A stretch of DNA of 62,904 nucleotides, filler included, from Dirinaria sp. TL-2023a (lineage: Eukaryota), in the NCBI GenBank assembly GCA_051941275.1. It is 9 parts of 9 records of this genome, joined end to end, with 100 filler letters (N's around TTAATTAATTAA, not from the genome) between each part and the next. Parts side by side here need not be neighbours in the genome. Positions count along the whole stretch, not along the records: positions 35,095 to 41,978 come from JAVEBF010001394.1; positions 42,079 to 48,956 come from JAVEBF010001395.1; positions 49,057 to 55,932 come from JAVEBF010001396.1; 6 more parts are not named here. One strand, given 5' to 3'. The stretch's first letter is position 1, and each line of letters begins with the position of its first letter. This document shows positions 39,001-51,615 of this stretch, piece after piece. Under the pieces are notes generated by a model. The model was given only the letters and a program-made list of their open reading frames with translations. It made no database searches and had not been told where the DNA came from. The translations under genes and the position numbers were made by a program.

Positions 39001-39189
39001 ATCACACAACATGGTATGGCTACGCTGCTCAAGCTTGCCGAAAAGGCAAAAGATCCCGAAACATCTATTGCTTGGCTTCCATCTGCAATTCTACCGAAAA
39101 AGGATCGTTTGCTTGCCGCGCTATCTAACCCTCTTACGGATGGCACCCTATTACGACAAATGTGTGTCTACGCCGGCACGGAGATCTAG
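36070..39189 (+). CDS. SWI1: SWI/SNF ARID subunit Swi1/Sol1-like
   Basis: 1039-aa ORF with a Q/P-rich N-terminus, an ARID domain (GRPINLLQLF..V..MGG....W..VA..LG) and C-terminal LGLIDIRTLILSLRCGLHAEVRLALDTL and TILRNFS. Confidence 0.88.
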   Translation: MSMPGWLNDANPLPNGDNGAFNQSADPMSFMQPNSNSFDYTRLQQQDLPQHLQNGSVRNGSPAFQNPQYQTQPLVPSKRPRPREENVAASPRQAPGAISGPRSQTPQQGSYAGLQGAANGAQFPGMTSYQQYPNANSTANQSPVMQNQIFDQQMATQRMQNMSPAAFSPPPQGFPQQASPVSSEHGSRNNTPHNGGQNYGPGMQYGVNPSQPFTPPTGANQMAPPGQFNQGPSNVQQQQQQQQRMSQLRHQQLMRQLHQNNPLQNRQQGSQPNPSMANPGQMVDYQMASRAQHVQAQQAQQAMMMRPGNNLEQLVRNIAQFMQQRGQPFNPHPTVAGRPINLLQLFTIVVRMGGSKKVAATQQWPMVAQHLGIPNQQYMSASQELQYFWQHNLALYEVYYSQQQRQRHMDQQVRAAAQGGDPATTQGPWSPLQQAMSQSPDPQTQRSMQAQAPAQIDRPPRHVPGQNHDPGQGHQNGFPPPQQGGRNRAPSVYSYPQVGSALPPQSAALQGQRRAQSQQSGVSNVKDERPLTPQNLTIKPKGNEPDAPRQDLEKIKDPFSPRIDRYMVGSESETHGGLQVNWWKPERKAGQPEMGDKALEDLIMARPWAPKVSELGLIDIRTLILSLRCGLHAEVRLALDTLATISISRETMALSLDKCEDLVEALIECAEEQLDVLAEHATEVSDEMLINSYEETVRGCETENLSLQDVPDFETEEYELGRSVDRLICVTTILRNFSDIPETQKRLANPALVRFLTTVIRYLGTRNMLLRSHRNTLDFSKDAVIILSNLSQELDLPGKEEALSILHFLLSFAPAPAPTNAEGRDLVFPSYEPLSNRYYPCAVESLAKLLARDDPNRTFYRSIFVLDSTSSPPYDILTRTFGLAIAGLPKNNDPRFRSLSVSAVRVPIMALGLLAAEIIAGLIPNSEHRLARVWLTSQDGFAASLVDLCFIYSTLRTQQAQQHPRTPHDQDTHGHGLITQHGMATLLKLAEKAKDPETSIAWLPSAILPKKDRLLAALSNPLTDGTLLRQMCVYAGTEI

Positions 39190-39674
39190 TATGGCCAAGG
39201 CATGTGCTGGCGTTGATTGGAAAGGGCGTTGGGTAATGCCGAGGTGGGAAAGGATGTAGAACAGAGAAAAGTCATTGGATGCTTGATCAGGACACACATA
39301 GCATCGACCGGCGTGCACTTGTATATCACACAGCTTTTTCTGTATCCTACAGCATGGGCAGGATACCTTTTCAATTCACCTTTGGCTTGGAAATAGCGGG
39401 GCTTGCTGCATTTGTACAAATCAACATCGCTACATAGGAAACGAGCAGATTCGTTGACGATTCGGATCGTGCCTAAGGGTCAATGTCCCGAGTGATTAGT
39501 AAACCTCCACTCAAGCATGCCTCCGTAGCTCTGGCTCACAGGCCAGGGGTTCAAGGGGAATAAAGTTGTCAAGTCGGCATAACAAAGACCTGAGTTCCAT
39601 GATTCGCCGTGATTTCGGGTGGTGCTTGACGCAGTATATACAATATCGCTTTCCCGAGACAAGCATCCATGGGT

Positions 39675-40305
39675 TCAGAACTGCCGATCTATCAGGAACT
39701 TCGAAACGTCCGCCTGTCTCCAACCCTACCCAAACAGTGATTAGCCAACCTGATACCGGATCACACACATCCAGGTGTTTCTACACCACCGAACCTACCT
39801 TGATCAAGATATGGCCCGTCAGCTGGTTAATCCTGCATTCCTTTTCCTCCAACTTCATCGCCTCCATCAAGTCCCTCCGCAGCGCACTCACGTCCCCGTT
39901 GATCTTCCTCAGTCTCGTCTGCTTCAAATTGCCCCCCCTCTTGGCGAGCTTGTAGATCGGCAGCTGCTTTGACGGCGTGCGATGGACGTAATACGGCAAG
40001 CTCTCGATAGCGGCCGGATCTGGGGTGGGCGGCGTGACGAGGATTTTGGAGGGTGAAGGGTGCCGTTTGGGTCGATTGGATGGATGCGCTTTCTTGCGAC
40101 GGCGAGAAACCGGGGTGGTTTGACCGGGGAAGGTTTGACGGCCGATGTAGTTGGCGAAGGCCGCGGCTGTTCGTTGTTGGATGAGGGGACAGAGACGGGG
40201 TGGTGGGAGAGTGGTCTGTGGGGGTCTTTGGAGACGCTGAAGAGAAGATGAACGGGGCAATGGTAGAGGGCGTAGGAATGGCAGCAAAGAGGTAGAGGCC
40301 ATCAT
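39675..40305 (-). CDS. IMG2: Mitochondrial ribosomal protein L49/Img2
   Basis: LPYYVHRTPSKQLPIY..KRGGNLKQTRLRKINGD..INQLTGHILIK|GW; one intron near the 3' end; basic presequence. Confidence 0.9.
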
Positions 40306-40538
40306 TGGAATCGAGGCAGTTTGAATACTGTACAACAGAGATCTCATTGCGCCTACCTTACAGCACAGTACTTGAAGCTTCGTGAAGCGATTGACTAGCG
40401 CGCGTTTACTAGCGTGGTTGAAATCTTGGCGCACATCGGTGGAGTTTCATTTTCAGATTGCTGATTGCTCGCACCACTGTTCATTTCTGCAACAATATCT
40501 CGAAAGCCAAACCCACTCACCTCACCTCCTCCGTAATC

Positions 40539-41975
40539 ATGGCAGATAATAAACCTCCAACCGCAGAAGCTTTGACAAATGGCACAGTTTCCCACCCCGA
40601 AACCAGATCAGCGGCCGAAATCGCTGCAGAATATGACCTTCTCCCCAAACTCATCCCTCACCTCGATCGCCACCTGATTTTCCCTTTGCTCGAATTCCTA
40701 TCCGGCGAAGAGTTCGAGGATCCGGAAATACTAAAGTCAAAATATGAGCTCCTCAAACAGACAAACATGACCGATTACGTTGCGACGCTATGGCAGAAGC
40801 TGAACGACAGCGACGAAGTGCCCGAGGAGTTCCGGAGCAAGAGGGACGAAGTGCTGCAAAGGCTATCACTGTTCCAAGATGAGACGAGCAAAATCGATGA
40901 GCTCCTCGGCGACGAGAGCGTCACATCGAACCTGCGAAGCGACAAAGTCGCCAACCTGAAATTCCTCGAGCAGCAACACGGAGTCACGATCGAGATGGTG
41001 GACATGCTCTACAACTTCGGGCGCTTCCAGTACAGCTGCGGGGACTACAACAGCGCCGCGCACCTGCTCGACCAATTCCGCATCCTCTCCACCGACAACG
41101 ACAAAGCCTCGTCGGCGACGTGGGGGAAACTGGCCTCCGACATCCTGACCACGAACTGGGAAGCGGTGATGGAAGAAGTGAACAAAGTCAAAGAATCCAT
41201 CGACACGAAGCTGTTCAACAACCCGCTCGCGCAGCTTCAGCACCGCACGTGGCTCATCCACTGGACGCTCTTCCCTTTCTTCAACTACGAACCCGCGCGC
41301 GACCTGCTGACCGACCTCTTCTTCTCCCCCTCCTTCATCAACACCATCCAAACCGACTGCCCCTGGATCCTGCGCTACCTCGCCGCCGCCGTCATCACGA
41401 ACCGCAGCCGCACGAGGAATACAGGGCAGTACCAGAAACAGCTCAAGGACCTCGTCCGCGTCGTCCGACAGGAGGGTTACGAGTATAGGGACCCCGTGAC
41501 CGAGTTCGTCAAAGCGCTGTACATCGATTTCGATTTCGAAGAAGCGCAGAAAAAACTCGGCGAAGCCGAGGAAGTGCTCAAGGGGGATTTTTTCCTCTCC
41601 GCCACCGCCGACGCTTTTGTCGAAGCGGCAAGACATCTCATTAGCGAAAGCTACTGCAAGATCCATCAGAGGATAGATATCAAGTACGCCTTGTTCCCCC
41701 ATCCCCCATCTTCATCTCTCCCCGCTTAACCTAATGAAACTATCTAAACATAAAAAAACAGGGACCTCTCCGCGCGCCTGGGGCTCAACGAAGCCGAAGG
41801 CGAGAAATGGATCGTCAACCTGATCCGCGACACGCGCATGGACGGCAAGCTCGATTACAGGGAGGGCACCGTGCTCATGAACCACCCGGCCAACTCCGTC
41901 TACCAGCAGGTCATCGAGCGGACGAAAGGTATGCATTTCCGCACCAGTGTTTTGAGTTCTGCCGTTGCGAAGTAA
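40539..41975 (+). CDS. INT6: Translation initiation factor eIF3 subunit e
   Basis: [43 protein letters not shown] and [18 protein letters not shown]; intron 41684-41761. Confidence 0.96.
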
Positions 41976-41978
41976 AAG

Positions 41979-42078
41979 NNNNNNNNNNNNNNNNNNNNNN
42001 NNNNNNNNNNNNNNNNNNNNNNTTAATTAATTAANNNNNNNNNNNNNNNNNNNNNNNNNNNNNNNNNNNNNNNNNNNN
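41979..42078. other. Artificial contig spacer
   Basis: N44-TTAATTAATTAA-N44. Confidence 0.97.
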
Positions 42079-42534
42079 GTATTTCAAGTATGAGTATGTT
42101 ATATTCCTTTCATCTGCCATCCCTGGGATCGGAGGGGGTTTTTTGTTTGCGTGTGTGAGACTTTTAGGGGTAAGATAATGATCTCAGTTAGGACGAGCGG
42201 TGGATCAGGGGCGAGGCATGGGGATTATCAAGGTATGCATTGGGTAGGGAAAGCCGAGAGGGTAAAGTTATGTTGTCGTCGTTGATGACGGCGTGGAATT
42301 GCTTCTGCGTCCATGCCTATTTCTCCACGTCTACATGCTATGCGTGAGTGAATTAGATCTCGTATCGCCTTCAACAGGGCAGCCGCATGGCTTGAAGAGA
42401 AACCTGTGAGAGACCCAGGATCGAGGTAAAAAGCAGTGTGCCTTGACACCCTTTACGCCTGAAACACCCCGAATCCCCTAGATTGCAAATCTGCCTTGAA
42501 TTTTTAAAAAAAACCCCCCTCTTTCCGCGATTTC

Positions 42535-43726
42535 TTAGACCGTGCCCGCAATACTCAGTTCTCGTATTTCCCCCAAGACGCCTTCAACCCTTGCATCCAG
42601 GTGGCCCTGCGCGTACTGCTCCCTCGTATCCGCATCGAGGAACTGCTGCACCTGCGCCATCCGGCTGTACGCCTCGGCGCAGAACCTCAGCTGGATCTTG
42701 ACCAGCGCCTCGAAGCTGGGATCCAAATAGGGCACGCGGAGGTCGATGAGTTGGGGCAGTTCGGAGAAGAGTTGCTCGTTGAGGGCTTCGTAGGCGGTTT
42801 TGGCGAGCTCGGATTCCCGCTCCGCGCGGGGCAATTTGGAGGGGTCTTTGTCGGGTTTTTCGACGAGTTTTTTCACCCGCGCCCGGGTTGCGTCGTAGTC
42901 GAGGAGTTTGTGGTTGCGTTTTTTTATGCCTGTTTATCGCGAGGGGTCGTTAGCTACACGCAAAAGGCTTTGTATTTCGGAAAGGGCGGATGGGAAACCA
43001 TGGAACCTACATTCATTTATGTCAGGAAAATAGGCGCAGAAACGAGAGATGGGTTCCAGAACGGTTTGTCTGCAAGGCAAGTCAGCTTCCAGGGGATCGC
43101 CGGTCATATATGCGATAGCGCTGGGGAGGTAATGCATACCGAAAGGGTCCATCCAAGGCTTTGATGGTCTCGGCATCCAAGTCCTCCACTGCTTGCTTGT
43201 AGCTCCGGCTCACCCCATCGTTCGCACCTGCGTCGCCGTAGAAAGCGTCTATCGTCTCTGCAATTCGCATCTGGGAGGCTGTCATTGCTGGAGCAAGATC
43301 AGTATCCTGTAGCAGTCCCTCGTTGAATGAATCAGAGCTGACCTCGTAACGAGTCTAGATAGCCCTTTGCCTCTTTCTGTAGCCGGTTTGCTGCTGATTC
43401 CATGGTGCGGTATCGCCTACGATTCATTTCTCTCAGCTTTCAATCATCCGCAGACATCCTTTGCTTCTCGGAAAGTCAAAGCCGTACCTCTCTTCAACCT
43501 CATAGTCTCGATCGTTGGTCTTCTCGACGTGCCCTAGACATTCAATGAGCCGGCGGTCTCGGATAGCCCGCGTTCCTAAAAACAGCATATTTTCGTACCG
43601 GTTTTCATCATCACCTGGGTCGTCGCCCGGTTGACGTTCTTTTTGAAACCTATCATAGGCTCCGTTAGCATCTAGGTAAGACATTGTAGACCCACGTTAC
43701 TCCAAGGTCTTACCTGCCCACGACAT
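42535..43726 (-). CDS. RVS161: BAR-domain amphiphysin Rvs161/Hob3
   Basis: MSWA|GFKKNVNRATTQVMMKT, MTASQMRIAETIDAFY and LPQLIDLRVPYLDPSFEALVKIQ; multi-exon. Confidence 0.96.
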
Positions 43727-44753
43727 CTTGGTGTACTTCAAGCGCCCCAGACACTAATGGAAGACGGTCGACCGCTAGATCAGAGACTGAGTCTCGTAGT
43801 AGAAGCCAGCCTGCTCCAGTGAGCTACCGCGGAATCAGATATACTTGGGACATGGAAGAAGCAATGTCAAGGTTGGCGTACGCCAAAACGTTGGGTGACC
43901 AGTGATTCGCTGGCTACAACCCCATTCCAACCCTGAATCTTCAACGCTCCATCTTCAACGCTCCATCTTGACAACCGAATATCAAGTCAATGAACTACGA
44001 CTACTCCAATAGAGTAGCTATGTCAAAGGAAAATTCAGGTGATACTATCCATATGCCCAAAATATCAAGAGCTACTAGGATGCTACCTACATCGGTATTC
44101 GATTAAATTTTCTAACACCAAGCGTGTTGGCTGACTTTCCAGCTTTACGAGATCGAGGACGTCTTGAGGGAGAGCGCTGAAAGAGAAAAGTGAAGAAGAG
44201 AACCTAAATGGGTAACTGATTATACCCAACCTAGCTGCAATCTCGACCCCGTCTTGAGCCTCTGATTCTAACCAAAATTCGGATCGAACCCTGGAATGGT
44301 CCACGAAGACTTGAGGGGAAAAGAAAGCCAGCAAAAGGCTCTAAGTCCCACCTTGTATAATACTCTCATAATATGGACCTTGGTGAATGGCCGACAGGTA
44401 AGGACACTTGCAGGTATTCCACTGCTTATTACATTCAAGCTCGCACCGAAAATGGCATAGTGCCGAGCTGTAATCATAACGATACTTTACAATGTGATGC
44501 ATCGGACCTGAGGTAGTACGGCTCTATCTTTCAAAAGCCCACCCACTGTGCTTCTAAAATAACGCATAGTACGGGCTACCAAGAACACCATGCCAGAGTA
44601 CTAGATCCACCAGACGCGAATTAAATGACCGATGGGTATGCAGTGCAGATAACAGGGAGCTAATTAGATTGTCATCATCATTCGGGCATAAGTCGTAGCG
44701 ACAGGGACGAGGGAGGATCAATCGACAAGCGCCAACGCCTCCCTCTACACGGG

Positions 44754-46373
44754 TCAGAAGCCTTCCTGAGCAGCTTTGCAGATGCGTATTTCGTGGCCCC
44801 ACTCGGATCGGAGAACTTGCGTGGCAGTGATGCGACGTGTTGGATTGGGATCCAGTATAGAGTAGATGACATTACGACAGCGGGCCTTGGATGATTTTGT
44901 TAGCCTGGATCCCTGGCTCAAAAGGAGAGGTTTTCAAGAGCTTACCCTGTGTAAAGTCTCGATGGGCGCGTAGCCATCATCGTCTCTTCTGCCTTCAAGA
45001 TACCGTTCATAGAACTCGTCCTCATCTCTCTTGGCAACGCGCCAGAGGTGTCGACCGGTCCTCATGGCCATATAGATGACCCCAGTAGCCCATACGTCAA
45101 CAGCCCGAGGATCAAACTCCTTGTCAATATACTCTTCAGGAGCAATGTACGGCGCCGATCCGCACAGACCGGCGGTCATATGTGCTTCTTTTTCCCAGGC
45201 CATACGGAAGCATTCGCCATTGCCGAAGTCGGTAATCTTTAGAGAACCATGGGTGGTCAGAAGGAGGTTTTCAGGCTTGAGGTCTCGATGCGCAACGCCC
45301 ATCTCGTGCAGGTATTCGACGCCAGACATCAGCTGCTTGAAATAGCAATCGGCTTCCGCAACCTCTAATTTGCCTGCGGCCAACACAAGTGTGTAGAGGT
45401 CACCACCAGCGCAGAATTCCATAACCTCGCAATAATCGCCTTTAGCGTCCTTCAATAGATCCAGAGTATGGATGACGTTGGGATGCCGCAGTGATGAAGA
45501 AATGCAAAATTCGGCGGTGAGGCGCTTTTGGTATTTTCTTGAAGACTCTTGTGGTCGCCGACGAAACTCCTTCACTGCATAGAGCAATTCGCCCTTTGAC
45601 GCGTCTTTTTCGTCCTTGCTCTTGTGGGCGATGCGCACTATGCCAAAGGCTCCGCGGCCGACTATCTCCTGACATTTGCCGTACTTTTGGACCAGGTTGG
45701 CAGTAGCGTTCGGGCCGCCCTGTTTGTCGGATGCCAACTTGTCCCGCTCATTCTTGAGCTGATCGACCCAGCTGGACATCAGCGACAGCTGTTGGTCGTC
45801 ATTCTGCCTGTCTTCTTTTTTCTTGCCACCAATCATCTCGCGCAGCATATCCGACAACTTCTCTTGTCGCTTAGCGCTCTTGAGGGTATGCTGATGAGTT
45901 CCATCTGCGTGGATCTCGAATCTTCGAAGATGCGGGTCCGGGTCTTTTGGTGCCAATTTGATATTGGCCACACTCGCGCTTCGCTCTGATCCAGCGACAG
46001 ACTGGGGTCTCTTGTCTGTATAGGACGTTTGTCTGGAAGGTGTTTTCGGGACCCACGATCGTACTGTGCTGTCGGACTCGGAGCCGCTTTTCTCTGTGCC
46101 TCGGTCACGCGAAGTCTCTTTGCCTTCTCTCTCCGAAGGGGGTTTTGCATGAGAGAACATGCGGCTCAGCCGACCAGTGATCCCAGGTTTCCTGGAGACA
46201 GATGCTTCATTGTGACCGTTGGGGAGCGTGGCGGGTTCTTCGGGAATGGCTGGGGCGAGATGAGCGGCTTTGCCATCGTGCGACTGGATGGAAGAAGTGG
46301 AAATGGATGGTGAGGGGGATGTCGTGTTCAGTTGTTGCGACGGGCGTCGTGCAGAGCTGATATCGCTGCTCAT
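44754..46373 (-). CDS. SAT4: HAL4/SAT4-family Ser/Thr kinase
   Basis: [62 protein letters not shown]; one intron near the 3' end; the ORF may extend upstream to 46484. Confidence 0.9.
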
Positions 46374-48956
46374 GGCTTCTGAAGAAAGGAGAATTTCGGA
46401 GAACAGATATGTACAAGGAGAAATTGGAGGTGGGGGGTTTGGTGAGCGCGAAACGGGTTGGGCAAATGCCCTGCCCGCCGCCACGAGTGGTTGGCTTCAG
46501 TACAAGCAGCGACCAGAGCAGCACGTTTCGAGTAACCTAGGAGGGAGGAGATTCGGGAAAGGCGGGAGGCTTTTAAAGTGATTTGGAATGGAGCTAGAAA
46601 GAGTGTCGCTGCACCTGGCAGGTTCTCCTCAACGTGTTACCTAAGCAGCAATAATGAGCCAGTGACTTAGTAATAAGTGTGCCGAGAATGGTGTGTCGCG
46701 AATTATCCCGCAAACTCTGAAGTGGGCACAGTCACGGCGGACCCTGACAGTCCTAATACCACAACCTACCCTACAGTATGTTTCAATGGCGCGTCGTACG
46801 CAGCATGCAACAGATGCTTCGGGAAGGCGCAGGACGAACGGGGGAACGATTTTTCGCAGTCGGCGAAGGGTGACGGGATGTGTGAGCTGAGCAGAGTCCA
46901 GTCGAGGGTCTGATTTGCTGAGTGAGGAACAGTAGCGGGGGAAGATTGGCAGAAGACTTGGACGTGAATTTGGATTTGTGCGTTGGTTGAGTGGGAGCTT
47001 AATTTGATTCAACGCTACTCGAGCGAGGTAGTAGTTGTAGGAGTAGGAGGTGGGGAAGGGTGAAGCCAGCCATGTCGCCGCCGGCACGTGAAAGTATGGA
47101 GCTATCGAGCTGGTCTAGACGATGAAGGTGCAAATGAAAAGCAGAGGGAGGATGATGGTTTGTGGTGTCGTTGTTCATATTGACTGTGGTGGTCATTGAC
47201 CATATTATTGGAATTGGGGAGTGTGAAGGAAAAGGAGAGAGAGAATGGACGAGTCGCAGTTTCACGGATCGCTCTTTGTCCTCTTTGAGGGCATCGTCAA
47301 CACCTCAAGGTACATGCAACTGGGGTTATTATTATCTATTGTCATCATCGGGTTCTGATTCGTTCACCCACTCGGCTGAGCTGCAAAAGGAATCGGGTCG
47401 AGGGTCGAGGGGGTGTCTCGGTGTGTTCTGCAGTCACACACCCATGTGAAACACACACAGCAAAGGCGAAAAGGCGAATAAAGGGATCGACAAAGATTTG
47501 TTCAACCTTCCTTTTTTTCTTTTCCCGTCCTCCCGAGAGCATGGTGACCCGTCAATCCCGAATCTTGGAATCGGTAACACACAGACTTTGCTTGCTGCTT
47601 ACTGCTTAACTACCCTACCTTACCTTAGGTATGCTTTTTCCCTGTTTTATTCTTTCTTGCTTCCTGCAGACCGGGAGCGGTGAGAGAGTAAGGTATCTTA
47701 CATGCCTTACCTTACTGTGGAAACAAGCTTCGCAGCGCCAAGCAATCATAAATCCCGCATACAAAAAGGTAGTACGGAGTACTCCGTACCCTGACTCTCC
47801 TTTACTTACCCTAACTTACCTAAGGTCTGCCTGCCCAGTGCCCGCAGCGAGCTGAATATTTCCACGCCCATGCTTTTGCACGTGGTGGCGTTCTTTGGAC
47901 GAGGTTACTGTTTCTGTGAGAAACGTCGGCTTGCAGCATCGCCATCGGTATCTGTGCATGAAGCGTGTGTGTGTGTGTACCTATCCATCCAGTTGAATCT
48001 TGGACGGGGGTTTGTCGATACGAGCTTACGCCCATCTCACCAGACTGAGCGTGGGCAGGAAAGGTTCAATTTCTCCGAGATAATGCAAGCTCTGGTAAAA
48101 TATCTTAGTCATGGTAGTCCGATCATCTCATTGCTCGTCGTATTTGCTGCCCTTATACCTACCATTCGGCGTTGGATCGTCTGCTTCAAGGGCTACCACT
48201 GACGTAGGGACTGTTGGCATCAAGCTTCCTATTATCTTCCTATTATCTCCCCCCTCATTTGGGCGTCTTACCACCTTATCTTACTCTCTTGTTAAAGTTG
48301 GTCACTCTCCCTCCAGGATCATTGTTTGCTGTACCCTCGAAGTCTCTGCAGGGTCTTTGTCTATTTTCCTTTGCAAGGGCGCCAAGTTGCTTGAATCAGG
48401 AGGACCATTAAAAGTACCACAACCAGACCACCTCAAGAGACACCATGAACAAGAACCTAGAAAATGGATCGATGTGCTATGAGAACCCATGCCGCTGGGG
48501 TCTGTGAATAAAGCGAGCTTTAGACTTTCCCAATACGTCTTGGAACTGGGGAAGGGGAGAGAGAAGGAAACTCCCTTAAGAATTGCTCTGCTCGGCCGCC
48601 AAGATTACCTTATCCTTAAAAGGCGAAATCCGGAGCCCACTTGCTCGAGTATCAGAAGGGAATTTTCCTGCCGCCGTTTTCACGTAGAATCGTCACAACT
48701 ATCTCGTCACTGTTATTTTGATTCGCTAGCAGAGCCTTCTCCTGGATCCAATGAAATACATAGTAACATATAATTCAACAAGAACAAAGAACAAGCTTCA
48801 AGCAAGCATTATTGTAACTCTGAGAGAAACATTAGCAAAGTCGTCAGGTCATTGCCCCATGTAGTACCTACCTTACCCTCGCTACCTCAATTTTCACCGT
48901 GCTCGAGGGCTCTAGCATTTCTCGCTTAGCACATATCGGTAGGCTTGGCACTTAGG

Positions 48957-49056
48957 NNNNNNNNNNNNNNNNNNNNNNNNNNNNNNNNNNNNNNNNNNNN
49001 TTAATTAATTAANNNNNNNNNNNNNNNNNNNNNNNNNNNNNNNNNNNNNNNNNNNN
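48957..49056. other. Artificial contig spacer
   Basis: N44-TTAATTAATTAA-N44. Confidence 0.97.
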
Positions 49057-49392
49057 GAGTGGTGGCGGTGCAGAGCCCGCGACGTACGCATGGGCTACCT
49101 GCCGGGCGTTTACCTCGAGATCGTGCAGCGCAGACCACCGGCACAGGCGGCGGCCGCGAATCGCCAGATCACAGAGAAAGGCGAGAGCCGAGCCAGCACC
49201 ATGAGTGGCAGTGGCAGTGGCAATAGCCGCGGCGCCGAAGAGAGCAGAGCCAATAGTCTGAAGGTTGAAGGGGCCAAGGTTGCGGTTCCGGTGCCGGTGG
49301 CGGCGGTGGGGAAGAAGATGGCAGTAGATAATAAAAGGACCGAGAACAGCATCACCCCTGAGAGCTTTCAGAGGGGCGGGTTCTACTCTTGA
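49057..49392 (+). CDS. 3' end of an SH3-domain-containing protein (truncated by contig edge)
   Basis: The frame from 49057 reads EWWRCRARDVRMGYLPGVYLEIV, matching the SH3 WW..G..P..Y signature, then a low-complexity tail. Confidence 0.65.
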   Translation, partial: EWWRCRARDVRMGYLPGVYLEIVQRRPPAQAAAANRQITEKGESRASTMSGSGSGNSRGAEESRANSLKVEGAKVAVPVPVAAVGKKMAVDNKRTENSITPESFQRGGFYS

Positions 49393-49895
49393 GGTTCTTT
49401 TTTTTTTCTCCCATTAAATCTCAGGGCAAAAAAACCTAGAGCTATCTATCAATCTATGGAGGCTCAGCGTGAAAAGCAACGGTGGGGCTGCTTTTTTGGG
49501 GAACCAGCGGTTTTCGATTGGTTGACGATGGAGCTGCTCTATGTGTATTATTGCCCTACCTTAGGTACCTTACTTCAGGCGGTTGATTGGATGGCGCGAA
49601 GCAATGGAAAGCCCGGGAGCTGAGGTAGATATTGGGTAGGTAGCTGCACGAGTTGGGCTATTGGTTCGAGGGGGGGCTTTTGAGGAGGAACATAAGGTAC
49701 TTTACAGTACCTTATTATTACATAGCGAGAGCCATCATTATATTGAAACGTGATTTAAAAGATTTTCCATCAAGATGAAAGGCCCCATGTAGCACACTTG
49801 TGTATAAATCGAACTTTCTTACTAAATATTGCTTTCTAATCGTCGGGATCACGCTCACTTCAAAACCCACTGCATATCTTTCTTTTTTTTTTTTG

Positions 49896-51615
49896 CTAAC
49901 CTGCGCCTCTCCTCCCTCCACCACCAGCACCCCCACCGGTGTTACTCGCATGCGCCAACAGGAATTTGCAGCACGTAAGCGTGTACTTGCACGCCCTGGT
50001 CCACGCCTCGTCTGTGCTCGTGCCTAACTTGATACTCACATCGTCGATCTTATCCTTCCGGATCCGATACGGCAGTGCGGAGCCCTTGGCTTCGTCTCCC
50101 CCTCCTCCGCGATCCGTCAGCGAGGGCCGTGTTTTATTCGGGGAATGAGATGAAGGGCGATTGCTGGGCGGAGAAGAGAATGGAGGGGTCGAGGAGGAGG
50201 TCGAGGTGGAGGCGTGCACGAACTCGCCGAGTTGCCGCAGACATTCGAGGAAGGCGACCATGCCTGCGTCGAGACGGCGGTGGAGCAGCATTCGACCTAT
50301 CGGCAGGTCGCCGGAGGAGAAGAGGTCAAGGGAAGTGATTTTGGGTTGGAGCTCGTCTGCTGCTGCCGCCGCTGCTGGTGACGCAGCATCGGACCGTGTG
50401 GAGGCTGATACAGTGGAGGACTTGGTCGAGGGCGGGTATTCGATTTTTTCGATCTTGCTCGTGCTGCCCATGGGTCTGACGCGGTAGCCTTTGAAGGCGA
50501 AGCCGAGCTTCTCGGCAACGGTGGCTAGCAGAAGCGCGGCATTGCCCCAGGCAGCATTGATCTCGCTCCAATCTACGTTCTGGGGTGCTGGCAGCCGTCC
50601 AAGTCTCAGCCCATTGATGGTTCCGAAATATCCATCGTGCCCGATGCAAAAAGTATCGTTGTAGACATTGGTGCGCTGCAGTCGCTCCAGTTGCTGCGTA
50701 TCGTGGTCGTAAGCAGCATTAAGCGCATCTCGCTCGTTCTGAAAAGAGGAGAGTTTTAGAGCGAAGGCATTGCGCGATCGCCAAAACTCTTGCTCTTCCA
50801 GGTCAAGGGACATGGATTGGGCCTCTAGTTCGGCGATTTCTTTTTCCAAAGCGGCCTTCTCGTTCTCAAGCGAAACAAGGTCTGAGAATGCTTTCGCTTC
50901 CGCATCTTGGGCGCTCTTGAGAGCTGATTGGGCTTTCGAAATGTCGTTCGCTGTAGGCGCGTTGTTCTTGAGGCTTTTGAGAAAGGATACATAGGCGTCA
51001 CGTTCTTTTGTCGCCGAGTTATGACGATCTGCTAGCGAGGCGAGTAAAAGGTCAGTACATTCTGTGCAGATGGGATGGTCGATATCGGATCGCGCAGATA
51101 GTATCTCGAAAAGGCGGTTTGCCATCTCAGCGCTGTGAGAGAAGTTTTCAGAGCTGTTGCTCATTCCCGGAGGGGTACTATCTCCACCTTTTGTTGGTGC
51201 GGTCTTGGGAAGGCTGATGTGACCATTTGTCACGGGCTGGGGAGGGACGACTTGGGAATCTGTGAGCATGACAAAGGACATCGCCGGGTTGTCTTTCAAA
51301 TCGGGTTTTGTGGATGCCGCAACCGCAGGTTGGGTCGCAAGGGTTTGACGAGCCTGGGGGATGATGCGTTTGAATGTTGGAGACGATGCATCTTGAGAGA
51401 CGCGGTGGTAGAGATCTTTCCTATCTTCAGGGTAGGGTAAACGGACTGCATTCGTATGCTTATCGACAGATCTTCCAGCTGAGCCTGAGACGCGTTAGTA
51501 TCACGTTACGGACAAGGAACCACGACGGACCTACAAGGAGGTCAAAAGCTGCTGGGTTGAGGTCTTGCAAGGAGCTGTCAAGCCTCAGCGAGGTCCGACA
51601 CTTCTGACAATTCAT
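49896..51615 (-). CDS. ATG6: Beclin/Atg6 (Vps30)
   Basis: MNCQKCRT..LNPAAFDLL, DIDHPICTEC, LQRTNVYNDTFCIGHDGYFGTINGLRLG, WSEINAAWG and WTRACKYTLTCCKFLLA; one 5' intron. Confidence 0.96.

Noticed and set aside
40866..41702. 278-aa antisense ORF, and similar ones over GPN2, RVS161, SWI1 and ETP1
   Set aside because: Shadow ORFs caused by GC3-rich codon usage of the real gene on the other strand.
43937..43969. 14-bp tandem duplication (TCTTCAACGCTCCA) upstream of RVS161
   Set aside because: Only two copies; consistent with slippage, with no element between them.
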